From Okamejei kenojei (taxonomy: Eukaryota): DNA of 64,000 nucleotides. The translations under genes and the position numbers were made by a program. The notes beneath the pieces are model-generated. The model made no database searches, was not told the origin of the DNA, and worked only from the letters and a program-made list of their open reading frames with translations. The DNA is taken from NCBI GenBank assembly GCA_035221665.1, contig CM069143.1, positions 16,554,001 through 16,618,000 on the forward strand, in the 5' to 3' direction. This document shows positions 24,372-36,718 of this stretch, in pieces; within the stretch, counting starts at the first letter, position 1, and each line of letters begins with the position of its first letter.

Positions 24372-24714
24372 TGCCTTATCTGATTTTATTCATTCATTAA
24401 AGCATACTCTCATATTCTGACTCTCGTTGGCATTTTCAGAAGGACAGTGAAATCGTTACAGATATCAGTCTATTTAATCTGATTTTCTTTGTTTATCAAA
24501 ATAAGTTCAGGCTGAGTTCATTGACAGAGAAGAATTATTGGTTGCCTTTTCTTTGGTTATCCACATAGTAGCTTGCTCATCTTTTGTTCATGATACCAAC
24601 AGAACAAGCTACCTGTCATTTGAAACGCTCATGTCAAATATTTATTTTGAAGATCCTTTAAACTAATGAACAGCATCTAATGAAGGAAAAGGTTTGGTTG
24701 CAACTGAGCACTGT

Positions 24715-24802
24715 GTCTGAAGAAGGGTCTGACCCGAAATGCACCTATGCACGACCAGGGATGGTGCCTGACCCCCTGAATTATTACAACACTTTGTGTC
24801 CT
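24715..24802 (+). mobile_element. Solo PLE pLTR (degenerate hammerhead motif)
   Basis: gtctgaagaagggtctgacccgaaatgcacc...actttgtgtc. Confidence 0.7.
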
Positions 24803-26885
24803 ATTTGCCAGGGAAAAGCCTTGACATGTGTATTTTTATGTGCCTAATGGCCAGATTTAAAAATAAACAAGCACACTTTTGAGATATCTTTAATTTTCTT
24901 TAATTGAATAAAATTCATTTAAAGTACCATAAATACAAACAAAATTAAAACATTGCATAAAGCAGAATAAATAAAAAATAACTGGATGAATTGCACAGGG
25001 GCCAGGGGTGAAGGGTATCTTGCCTCTTTCTCAGCACATCAGTAGTCTGTTGCTGAGTTGAGTGATTGGTCCACTGTTGGAGGGGTACTTCAGGTGCACC
25101 TGCATCATTCTTGAAGTAATCGCAATCTGACTGAACATGTTTGGACTCTGGATGTAAGATGTCATAATATCAAGCTGCCTGCCAACTTAATTTGGCTCAG
25201 TGTGTTTGTCCTCGTTTGGTATCCATATGTATCCGAGTTTGTTCTTTTTTGTTATTTATGTTGGTGTTACCATAACCTCCTTTTTGGTAATAGCATTAAA
25301 AAAGAAACGCATTCAACAGACCCTTCACATATCTGTCAAATTAATTGGGGAACAATCCTGTTACTATGTTACCTTTAACTTTTACACGAGAATTAAATCA
25401 ATGCAGGCAACAAATTTCATAACAGTTATTTTTTAATTTCTGGAATTACATTCTCTACGGCGAAAATGATGAAGGTTAAAATGAGAATAATATAAATGAA
25501 CATTTCTCAAATGCTTGAATCACAGTGAAACACAAATTTATACAATTAATTCGATTTAATTGAGAATAATTTGGCAACCTGCTTCATTTTCTCAATCACC
25601 TCACATTTTTTTTGTTCATAATTTAGATACCATTAAACGCCTTTGAATACTGAATGTAAAAATTTACAAAATCACAGGAAAATTATAGCTGAAATAGTTT
25701 GTTCAGAAAATCTTCATCTATTTGTAGAGATTATAATGTCAATTTGGAAATATTGGCTCAGACTGCTGGTAAATGTCAGCAAATCCTTGATTTTCATACA
25801 TGAAAATTCAACCATTTCCAATGGACTTTGCCACAGGAGTCCACATGGAAGTCTCTAACATTTTGGCTGTAAATCTACTCTTAAATGTTATGCCAAATTA
25901 TGATCCAAGAACACATCAATTTCACAATCAATTAGAGAGCTGACATGAAAACAGGAATGGGGATAGGTCTGTTACATTTTTTTAAATAAAGTAGTTGATT
26001 TTACTTTATTAAATTTATGATTTTATTAGTTTTTAAATGCTTCTGAAATCTAAACAAGCTGTCAAAGTTGTTAAAGGAATTTTGGAACAAGGCACAGAAA
26101 CAGGCCCTTTGGCCTACAATATTTCTGCTGAACATGATGCCAAGACCAACTCTTTTCAGTCTGCACATTTTCCACATCCCTCTAATTGTGACTTCTAATC
26201 TGTTGAACGTTAATTAGCTGTTACCAGTATATGGAAATGTGTTTGGTGTACTGTTTTGACAATAGTTCTTAACACATTTTGCTCAATTTATCAGCCCTAT
26301 AATATGGGTTATATGACATTAAATATCTTCAGGCCTTATTATTATGGCATGTTTTAGCAGTATTTTCATGCCTATTATTCTCTTCTGCTCATGGTCTGCT
26401 TCTATTATGTGGAACAAGATAGCAGCAGTTCTAATGAATTCTATATTGATTACATCAACACAAATGGGGGACAAGTATAGGTTTTAAAGCTCCAAGGCAG
26501 GTCAATTTCGACTTGAACCCATGTCAGTCAAAGTCGATAGTGCAGTTTCAAAATCAGTTCCTTGTTTGGAAAGGGATACAGAGACTTCTCTTTACGTGAA
26601 GATAAATTTAATTTAGTTATAAATTCTAAAATATCTGAGACTGCAACACTGGCCTTTGTTATCCAGTCAGGAATAAGAGCTTCCTATGTTGGTAACCAAC
26701 CCTATCACAGGGTATTTTAGACTAAAAATAACTAAAAGTAACTGTGACCTCTGAATTCTACACCACAAATTTAACTCGTCTCACCCATGTTAGGTATTTT
26801 ACACAGAAGTAATTGAACTTCAGACCCTCACTTTGAGTTGAATCCATCCTGCCACCTACACTTGAACACGGCAACATTTCATTGA

Positions 26886-26976
26886 ATAGGCACAAAATGC
26901 TACAGTAACTCAACGGGTCAGGCAGCATCTCTGGCGAGAAAGAATAGGTAACATTTCGGGTCGGAGCCCATCTTCA
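26886..26976 (-). mobile_element. Solo PLE pLTR
   Basis: cacaaaatgctacagtaactcaacgggtcaggcagcatctct...tttcgggtcggagccc, homologous to 38808-38901. Confidence 0.7.
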
Positions 26977-28419
26977 TTTCTGTGACACTTAACTTTTATG
27001 GGGTCCAGGGTTGACTTGTCCTTGAGCTCTGAATGCCAAAGCTGTCCCACATGGTGTAATTAAGACTCAGCTGATGGACCCTGAGCATTCTGGCCCAGAC
27101 CATCATGTTGGCGACTTTGTTGCAGACAGAGGCCTTGCAATTGCATTTAAATACGAGATGATCAGAAATATAACAGCCAATAGAATTTAATAATTAAATG
27201 AAGATAATTAGAAAATGTTAAAAAAGTTATAACTATGTTTTGCAAAATAAAATTATTACAAACATTAGGATTCAATAAAATAAAAATCAGACATTTACCT
27301 ACACTTAGCTTTTCAATCAAGATTGGCAATGCCATGTGAATGGGGCCACAATACATACACCAGCAGTGGTCAGCATAATGCTGAGGGGCCATCTACTACC
27401 TCAAGACCCTTGTACTCTGTCCCTGGCTTAAGTGTCAGCATCTGATCTCAACCTTATCTCTAACGTCTATATTGCCAGGAAGAACTCACTCTTATAGGAC
27501 CTGTCACCGGCATATTGGAATGAGCTTCACCAGTAAAGGGTAAAGCTGTTTTGAGCAGTCAGTTTAATCACCCAGCTAACAAATCTTTGCCAAGATAGAA
27601 TTCATGTATTGATAGATTAAAGGCCTAGATTTGGGACATCTTGATAAAAAATGGAAACATGAGTTCTTCAGTAGTGGAGCCTCTAGCTTAGGCTTCATGA
27701 GACGAGAACAATTAAATTCCTTTTAAGTTAAAGCAACTAGAGATCTCTGTTCACCTCGACCAGATCAGAAGAAGACAGTCTCATCTCAAGTTAAATGCTT
27801 ATATTTAGTGTCCTGGCTTTGTGAACCAAGAGACGAATCTTCCTCTGGGATATTGTGCTTCGCTGAGTTAATGAATGAAATGTCAAGCACAAAAATAAAG
27901 AGTAAAAGATATTCCCTGAGGCTTAGCCAGGAAGCTGGTGTAGTTGTAAAAGTATAAGACATTATTTCTTTCTCATCAAACTCAGATTTTTGCTCTAACC
28001 TGCAAAAACGTCAGCCCAGATTGACTTAAATGTTGCCTCACGAGCTCAGTGTTTAAACATATAAATATTCCTGTCCTCTCCTAAAAGTGTTATCATTTAT
28101 TTTCACAAGCAACAGACTGGCATTAGATATTTTATTTTACATATAATGATGGAATGCCTGGAAAGTTACTGCTCACATTATGATTTATCTTCTCATTACC
28201 ATGCTATTGTTTTTTGATTCATCATCACAGTGTGCAAAAAGAAAGAAATGTCGAAATCCATTTGGATTGAGACCATTGTTAATTTACTTGACACACAAGA
28301 AACACAAAGGCTTTTTTCTTTCAGAAGAAAAACGATAAAGCAGGGATTAAGACCAGTGTGAAGATCAGTTACTTAATTTAGATCAACCTCATGAAAACAT
28401 TTGTTTTTACTGTGTGTAG

Positions 28420-28645
28420 GGGTAAGTTGAGAGATATTTAAAAGGGACCTCATAAGCAATGTTTTCAATCAGAGGACAGTCTATAACTGGAACGAGCTGC
28501 CAGAGGAAGCTGTAGAAAAAATGACAATTATGATTTTCAAAATACATTTGAACATATGGGTAGGGCGAGTTTGGGGGGAAAGGGGCCAAATGTAGGGAAA
28601 TGATACCAGCTCAGAATGCCAACTTGGTCAGCATGACTGTAGGAC
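28420..28645 (+). mobile_element. CR1-like LINE 3' fragment
   Basis: tggaacgagctgccagaggaag (WNELPEE) and flanking sequence resemble the CR1 C-terminus. Confidence 0.6.
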
Positions 28646-29769
28646 ATAATATGTATGATATTTTCTGTTTAAAATGCATCCATCAGGAACTTAGTTTATG
28701 ACAGGCATAACCAATGTATTGTCAACAGTTGATTTTGCCTTGACTTTTAGGACATGCTCTGTGCTGGGGGAGCCATGATTACTTCACCATCATTATCACC
28801 AGCTACCAGTTGCCACTGACAATGAGATGGGATCTACCTTTCTGAATCACTGAAAGAGATGCAGTGAAAATGTTTCAAAATGCTGTTAACTGGGGACACC
28901 CACGATTGGGACCAAGTGATGATAAGAAGCAGTTTTTTTCCTGATCTTATTTGGGATATTTTTTGAAGGGTAATCTGAAAGTTGTGGTGTTGCCATGAGG
29001 ATAACTTTGAATAGTTGGCTATATACTAATATACCATTTCATACTCGCGAATTATCCAGTTTTATTGCTTGGCATATAATCTAGTTTACAAACTCAAATG
29101 GAGTAGACAAGCAACAAAAAACAGAACAATTTGCATCATGCATTAACATGTTGCTATGGAAATAGAGAAAAAAATATTAACTTTTAGCAGTATATCACCC
29201 TAATTAAGAGAACAAATGATGATATCTTGACATAACCAAGATAGATTGCTTTTGACAGTTTTTCATTTTTCTTGCTGAGCACATTCACTTTCATCATATC
29301 TTGTACTTTAAGAAAGTAATTCCTTTTTGTTAAATCCTAAAGACTCCTGTTGTGCAGAAATGAGATGTGTTTTTCAGTTTTGCTTCTGTGCCATTTGACT
29401 TTTGATGTAATGAGCAAAATCGAAAATCCCGTTATATTTATGAAGGCATACAAGCAGAAACATTAACAACTACAATATAAATCCCTTCAAAGTCAGATTG
29501 GATCCAAATTATGCTAAATATGGTTGCCTAAAATCAAATTAGTCCTGTGTGTCTCTTTACAAAAATCAGTGGCCCTGTAGCAAAATCAGTTTTTTTAAAT
29601 AAATGTCTAATTGCGGTTTAATGGGTCTTTTGTTGTTGTATGTCATGGCCCACTATATACAGAGGTTGCATTCCAATTATATGCACAGATTTAATTCTAA
29701 CCACGTTTACTTTCTCCCAGTATGATCATATTTGGCAACATGAGGTGAAGCACCAACACATGGTTAACA

Positions 29770-29980
29770 TAGAATCCTTGCACTCCCTCTCTTTCTGCCC
29801 CTCCCTAACCCTAGTCGTTCTGCTAGTTCCACTTTTCAGATCCATCTATCCCTACATTATCACCTCTTTCATAGCCAACAATGGACCATTGTAGGCTCCA
29901 CCTTTCCTTGATCAATGATTTGTTCTGAACCTTTTCATACCTCTAGTTTCCCTCTCCAATGAATCTCAGTCTGAAGAGGA
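29770..29980 (+). mobile_element. PLE 3' UTR fragment
   Basis: ccctagtcg..ctagtt, acaatggacc and cagtctgaagagg, similar to 3478-3645. Confidence 0.6.
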
Positions 29981-30624
29981 TATCAGAAAATCAAATCTCT
30001 ATCATGCTGCCTTAAGACGGTTAATAATTCTTAAACTAGGTGCAATACATTGTGTGTAGGGTTCTGTGTGTCAGAGTTTAGAATACAGCCAAATCTTCCA
30101 TTCTTGGGATGGTGGTGTTTATGGATAAATTCAAAAGTGAGTCCAGTTTCTAACTGAAATGGTGACAATATCAAGGTAAATGATCTTGGCAACGGTAAAA
30201 AAAAATTCTGCTAAGTATGTGAGTGCAAGAAACATATATAATTAAAAGTCTCATCTTGACCACTTCCTGTCTGCACTGTATATTGATTTTAGAAAAAATG
30301 CTACCCTGTATCGCTGCGACTTTTGGCCATCTTACTCACAGTCGTCCTCCACAGAGCCAGCCCCGAGGATTGTTCCCATCGATGAAAATAAAAAAAAGTT
30401 ATGAGTGTATAAAAAACCTTGAGATCAGCTGATTGGTCCTCGCGCCTGGCAATCACCATGATGAAGGTAACGCCCCTTCCTGGGGGGGGGGGGCAGGACT
30501 TTAAAACCCCAGATACCTGGACACGAGTTATTCACTCTGCAAGATCACGAGGGAGAGGCCACGACTGTCATTCTAAGCTGTGAATCAACTGAACTGTGAA
30601 TGCAATAAATGGTTTGTTAGCCCT

Positions 30625-31190
30625 AAAGGACAATGCCATGAGTTGTTTGGCCTGTTACCCTGCCTGTGCTTGAAAGTGCAATGCTTAATTGGAAATGAAA
30701 TGAAATGTCAATGCAATGAGTTGTTTGACCTGCAGCCTGCCTGTGTTTGAATGTGCAATGCGTAATTGGAAATGAAATGACAATGCCAAGAGTTGTTTGG
30801 CCTGCTGCCCTGCCTGTGCTTGAAACTGCAATGCTTTATTAGGTCCGACGTTCTTTAGACAGAATAAATGCTTTATTAGATCCGATTGAGTTTGGAAGGA
30901 ATAAATGCTTTAATTAGGTGCGACTGTGTTTGGAAGGAATATATGTTTTATTAGGTCCAACTGTGTTTGGAAGGAATAAATGCTTTATTAGGTCCAACTG
31001 TGTTTGGAAGGAATAAATTCTTTATTAGGTCTGACTGTGTTTAGCCCAAAAGTCCCACACATTTTGTGACTTGTGCTTGGTGGACAGGTCACGCTGATTG
31101 CATAATTTCCGGTGAGTGCAGAGGTCAAGCTGATTGCGTAATTTCCGGTAAGTGCTGAGGTCATGCAGATTACGGAAGTGCTGCTGACTG
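30625..31190. repeat. Three adjacent tandem arrays (~75 bp x3, ~36 bp x5-6, ~33 bp x3)
   Basis: Units gagttgtttggcctg..cctgcctgtgcttgaa..tgcaatgc; ggaataaatgctttattaggtccaactgtgtttggaa; aatttccggtgagtgcagaggtcaagctgattgcgt. Confidence 0.9.
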
Positions 31191-31250
31191 CGAAAGCCCC
31201 ACAGTGGAGAGGCCATGCTCAGCCATGTGAGTAGATTCAAGAAAGTTTAC

Positions 31251-31538
31251 NNNNNNNNNNNNNNNNNNNNNNNNNNNNNNNNNNNNNNNNNNNNNNNNNN
31301 NNNNNNNNNNNNNNNNNNNNNNNNNNNNNNNNNNNNNNNNNNNNNNNNNNNNNNNNNNNNNNNNNNNNNNNNNNNNNNNNNNNNNNNNNNNNNNNNNNNN
31401 NNNNNNNNNNNNNNNNNNNNNNNNNNNNNNNNNNNNNNNNNNNNNNNNNNNNNNNNNNNNNNNNNNNNNNNNNNNNNNNNNNNNNNNNNNNNNNNNNNNN
31501 NNNNNNNNNNNNNNNNNNNNNNNNNNNNNNNNNNNNNN
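31251..31538. other. Assembly gap (N run)
   Basis: 288 N, followed by a (GT)n/(GAGTGA)n microsatellite to about 31632. Confidence 1.
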
Positions 31539-31576
31539 TATGTATGCATGTGAGAGTGTGTGTGTGTGTGTGAGTG

Positions 31577-31618
<42 letters not shown>

Positions 31619-32394
31619 TGTGTGTGTGTGTGTATTGGAATTGGTGGAGAGGTGGAATATTGCATTGGGGGACCAGCCCTCCCGTGTGAAGCTGGGACCC
31701 GACGGGTCTCACTTAGTTTAGTTGTTCCTAGGTTTGGTAGAGGGAAACATGTAATGATCTAACTAGAACAACTATAATAAGATTCCAATTTACCATATTC
31801 ACATTTTTGTTACTTCTTTGCCTACAAAAATATATATAGCGCCATCACTCATGTGATTTCTTTCACCACTCATTTCAAGGGCAGATTTGAGCAACACATT
31901 TTTTTAGCCACTGGCACACTCAACAGTTTATTCCCCTCAGTTCAATATAATTGTATATTATGATACCTTGACAGATGTATCTTCACCACCTTTCTGAATG
32001 CCAACCACAGCTAGTTCCTATCATACTGATGGAGAGTCAGCCATATAATGAATATGCTCAGGAGGAGACAACAATTGTTTTAACCTAGGTGCCTAATTGG
32101 AAGGGGCAACCATTGATGAAATGTGCAAGCCAATATCAAAGGGATGTCTTAATTATTAATCTTGGAGGATTCAATCCTCCATAATTTCCCTTTCACTGTT
32201 GCATATTCTATTTAGGATGATTGTTGTTCCATGAGCTACGAGCTCATATTTCTCTGCTTACTTTTGTCAATCCTTTCCATATCCATCTTCCCTTTTGACT
32301 CAAATTGGAAGAACAGGAGCAGGCAGATCAAATAGACAACATCACCCAGCCCTCTCATTTTTTGGACTACATTGAGCAACCATTGCTATGAGTA

Positions 32395-32780
32395 GAAACA
32401 AAGAACTGCAGATACTGGTTAATACACAAAAGAACACCAAGTGCTGGAGTAACGCAGCAAGTCAGGTAGCATATTGGGAGAATATGGATAGGTGATGTTT
32501 TGGGTCAAGACCCTTCTCAGATTGTAGGGGGGAAAAGAAAACTGGAAAAGGGGGAGAGGTAGGACAAAGCGTGGCATTTAATAGGTGAACATAGGCGAGG
32601 AGGGGGGTTGATAGACAGATGGCTGGAACAAAGGCCAGAGATAGGAGTCGAAGGTGTGACAGGTTGTGGATTGTGAAGCCAGAGCAAGGAAAGTAGCAGG
32701 AGAGGGGGAGGGAGGGGGTGGAGGAATTGAGAGTAGAGAATAGCATCTTTGAAAGGGGAGGGTGGGAGGAAATGTATGCA
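32395..32780 (-). mobile_element. PLE 3' end (tail, pLTR, purine-rich UTR complement)
   Basis: aagaactgcagatactgg...gtgctggagtaac...gggtcaagacccttctcaga. Confidence 0.7.
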
Positions 32781-34002
32781 GATAACTGTGGGTTCATAGG
32801 ATTTCAGGTGGGGCACAAGGGAGGGGGCGGGGAGGATTTACAGAAATATGTGGGTAATTGTTCAGAGATAGAAAGATATGCTGATAATTGGTCAGACATT
32901 GAATTTAAAGATGTATTTTAATAGGTGGAAGTGGGCGACAGAGAGCTGGATAAATTGAGAGAGAGAATTCTGATTTTAAAAGTTTAAATATTTTTGATGG
33001 AACTAAATGATATTCGTCCCGTTTTTTTTTCTTCTTTCTAGAAAAGTTAGAAAATAATGTATGCTGCCTAAACTAACATGAGCAAATAGGACTAGCTTAG
33101 TGGGGCATCTTGATCAGCACGGGTGAGTGGGGCCAAAAGGCATTTTTCCATGCTCTGAGTTTGCTTGTATACAACTGAAAAATATAATGTACTTTTCTTC
33201 CTATCTTTAGCAAGAAATTCTGTGATGAGTAGCATCAGCTAAATAATTACCACTATATTATGATTCTATCCACTATTTTACAAATTGTTTTAACATATTT
33301 AAAGATGAATTTCTAAGCTTTTATCATTATTTGTCTTGAGAGCCATACCATAGTGCTTTCATTAAATAACTATAGATTTGTCAGCAGGAAAACCAAAGGT
33401 GACATTTGAATGAACATATCGATTTAGTGCACTGTAAATAATCCTTAGAAGTGAAGTTATGCAGCTAAGCATACAACCTGCTTCTGACAGTGGTGCCATC
33501 AGTAGAATTTCTGTGTTTAATTACTCAGTCGCAAGTCACAAGCAACACAAGCCATGTCTACTTCCTGTTTTATAGAAAATCATTGCAAGAATCCAGAAAA
33601 CATGTATCCAACAAATCAAGGATGACTGATTATATTGGTTAAATAATTTATAGACCCTTCAGCAGAAAGAAAAAAATCTTTACTGAAAGTGTTATTGTGG
33701 TCCAGCAAGAAAAGATACTTCACAATTGTAAATCACTTAAAAACAGTTTATCATAATGTAGTTTCTAGGCATGATATTGACCGACTATTGCAGCATGCTG
33801 CAGAAAATTAATTAATTTCTCTACCAATCAGTCATAATTTAAGCATTTTTCATAATAAGATCATTAAATATCATGATCCAATTCCATATTGCGGACAGAT
33901 AATAATGTCAATTTTAATTACTGGTGGTCACGGATCAAATATACTTTCTGGTCTTTTATGGGGAATATAAATGCTCTATACCAAATTTCAAAAAGGTAGC
34001 TT

Positions 34003-34071
34003 TCAAAATGTCATCATATTCCAAAGAGACAGTAATCTTCGAGCTAATTGAAAGTCTGCATCCGATAGGTT
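34003..34071 (-). CDS. Candidate terminal coding exon of an unidentified host gene (NLSDADFQLARRLLSLWNMMTF*)
   Basis: Acceptor gattttaacag|AAC in phase 0, TGA at 34005-34003, and ATTAAA about 90 nt downstream. Phase matches the exon at 46868-46735. Non-repetitive context. Confidence 0.55.
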   Translation of the reverse strand, partial: NLSDADFQLARRLLSLWNMMTF

Positions 34072-34219
34072 CTGTTAAAATCAATGCAATTAATGTTACA
34101 AGAGTCTGTACACCAATCAAAGTAGTTGAATTCATAAAACATCTGAGCAACACTCACCTGCTACAATATTACATAATCTGAAAAATAGATGAACTTTATT
34201 CTTGGTCATTACCAAGGTA

Positions 34220-34455
34220 AAACGCACACCTCCAGATTCAGGGATAGTTTTTCCCAACTGTTCTCAGGCAACTGAACCATCCCATCAAGTGGAAAGCAGT
34301 ACTGAACTACCATCTACCTCATTGGAGACTCTCGGACTATCTATATCTTTGATTGGATTTTACTGACTTTATCTCGCACTAAACGTTATTTTCAATATTT
34401 CCTTTACCATACATCTCTACACTGTGGATGGTTCGATTTTAATCATTTATTGACT
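34220..34455 (+). mobile_element. Rex1-like LINE 3' tail
   Basis: cacacctccagattcagggatagtttttccc (RFRDSFFP) followed by the 3' UTR shared with 39915-40215. Confidence 0.7.
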
Positions 34456-35174
34456 GCCTTTTGAAAATACCCCGTAAAATATGTAATCACTTAACATTGT
34501 CATTGCAAGCACAAATCGAGCAATCACCATTCAAGGAATTTTTGCTGTGAGATTCATGGTGCAGAGAATGCATAGAAGAAGGCCAAAATGTTCAGATAAT
34601 TCAGGAAACACTGACCACCCAACAGGTTGCATCCTGCCTTTGCTTTATAAAGTGTACCTGTAGCTTAATGACTTCAGGTCCATTCTGTACAGCATAAATG
34701 ATTGCTGTGCCACCATCAAACACTCAGGTCCTTTCACTCCCTGCCAGGGATTGTCCCATGGTAATGAATGTAGCCATATCTGTATCGAGACATTTGACAA
34801 ATTATGCCTATGTTAACAGTGTCAGAGGCTGTGCTGTGTACATATACAGAAATTAACCAACGTTTAATATCCCAGCATGGTATGAGAAAATTAAGGATGT
34901 GTCAATGTACAACAAGCTGAAGTGACACAAGGAAAGAGAGTGAGGGATGAGTTTATTAAAATTAATCCTCTGCATTGACACGATGTAGCTTTTGACCACC
35001 AACAATTGAAAAACATCTTAAAAGATTGCAAAAATCGGCACCAAATGATATTTTGTGCTCAAAGCCTTTGAAAATGTTGCTTCAAATGCTGAAATAATGG
35101 AATTTTGTCACAAATCTTTGGCTAAGGCTGTGTGTACGGAATGTTTTTTTCACATAAACCATTTCAGATTCAAT

Positions 35175-35345
35175 AATGCTCAGCTGGTAGAGCTGCTGCC
35201 ACACCGACACAGGGAACCTGCATTCAATTCTGACCTCATGTGCCGTTTGTGTAGAGTTTGCACATCCTCGTTGTAACCACATAGGTCTCCTCCAGATGAA
35301 CATTTTTGCCCGTATCCCAAAGATATGCGTGTTTGTAGGTTAAGT
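35175..35345 (+). mobile_element. V-SINE (HE1-like) fragment
   Basis: tRNA-like head gctcagctggtagagctgctgcc and V-domain-like gtagagtttgcacatcctc...ccaaagat. Confidence 0.65.
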
Positions 35346-35689
35346 ACTCAGTGAATTGCCCCTGGTGTCCACTCTCCTTTAAGATCATAGAACCACCTGA
35401 GGCTGTGGGAGAGGGATGTGGTGTTGCAATGATTCTGCGTAACTTCACTTCATAGCCCATTAGAGCATGCAAGCCTTACCACAATCAACTGGTGTTTGTG
35501 TGGTTATTCTGGGGCTCTAGCTGGGTCTGCTATTCTCACTTGGCGTCTCTGATGGTTTTGTGAAGGGCGTACCTACATTTCTTGTACAGGTCAGGCTAAC
35601 CTTACTTGAACACCTCAGAACTGGGCATTACTAGGGAGTGGACCTCACAATTCATCCCTGGTTTCTGATTGGGGAACGCTTGGATTGAC

Positions 35690-36718
35690 TTTGTCTCCAT
35701 CACAGGAGACAGACTATCGACTGACATCTATTACAAACCCACTGACTTCCATAGTTATCTAGACTGCATATCTTCCAACCCTGCTTCCTGTAAAGACTCT
35801 ATCCCCTACTTACAATTCCTCCATCTACGCAGCATCTGTAGCCAGGATGAGGTGTTCCATACCAGGTCATTGGAGATGTCCTTATACTTTAGAGAACGGG
35901 GGTTTCCCTCTTCCATTATAGATGAGGCTCTCACAAAGGGTCTACTTGATCCACTCTTGCTCCCCTTCCAACCATTCGTAACAAGGACAGAGTCCCCGTT
36001 GTCTTCACCTTCCACCCCATCAGCCGTAGCATACAAAACATAATCCTCCAACATTGTTTCCACCTCCAATGGGATCCTACCACTAGCCACATCTTCCCAT
36101 TCCCACACCTCTCTGCTCTCTGCACAGTTCCCTCCGCAACTCCATGGTCAACTCATCCCTTCCCACCCAAACCATTCCCTTCCCAGGTACTTTCCCCTGC
36201 AACCGTAGGAGATAAACCACCTGTCCCTATACCCCCTCGACTTCATCCAAGGACCCCGACAGTCTGTTCAGATGAGGTAGATGTTCACTTGCATCTCTTC
36301 CAACCTCATCTACTATAACCACTGTTCCAGTGTGGTCTCCTGTATGTCGGTGAGACCAAGCGCAGGCTTGGCGATCGTTTTGCTGAACACCTCCGCTCAG
36401 TCCGACTAAACCTACCTGATCTCCTGGTTGCTCAAAACTTTAACTGCCCCTCCCATTCCCAATCTGACCTTTCTGTCCTGGGTCTCCTCCATTGTCAGAA
36501 TGAGGCCCAGCGCAATTTGGAGGCACAGCACCTCATTTGCTTCCGTAGCTTACACCCCAGTGGTATGAACATTGACTTCTCGAACTTCAAGTTGCCATTG
36601 CTTTCCTTCTCTCTCCATTCCCTCCTCCTTCCCAGTTCTCCTATGTGTCTTACTGTCTCCGACTACATTTTATCTCTGTACCGCCCACTCCCCTGACATC
36701 AGTCAGATGAAGGGTCTC
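35690..36718 (+). mobile_element. Degenerate Neptune-type PLE (pLTR continues at 39250-39335)
   Basis: IYYKPTDFHSYLD, CKDSIPY.QF and the YVGETKRRLGDRFAEH region, colinear with 2470-3725. Its pLTR is split by the Gypsy insertion. Confidence 0.88.

Larger units (their letters stand above)
30232..31721 (+). mobile_element. Non-autonomous Helitron carrying minisatellite arrays
   Basis: 5' (degenerate TC) atatataattaaaagtctcatcttgaccacttcctgtctgc; 3' hairpin TGGGACCCGACGGGTCTCA plus CTTAGTTTAG|T. Subterminal gtggaatattgcattgggg is shared with the 23281 element. Confidence 0.7.

Noticed and set aside
30833-31040. ~36-bp repeats resembling a CRISPR array
   Set aside because: The units are head-to-tail with no unique spacers, there are no cas genes, and the context is eukaryotic. 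It is a minisatellite inside a Helitron.
31170-31712. ORFs spanning N runs (also 16704-17029)
   Set aside because: Artefacts of assembly gaps and microsatellites.
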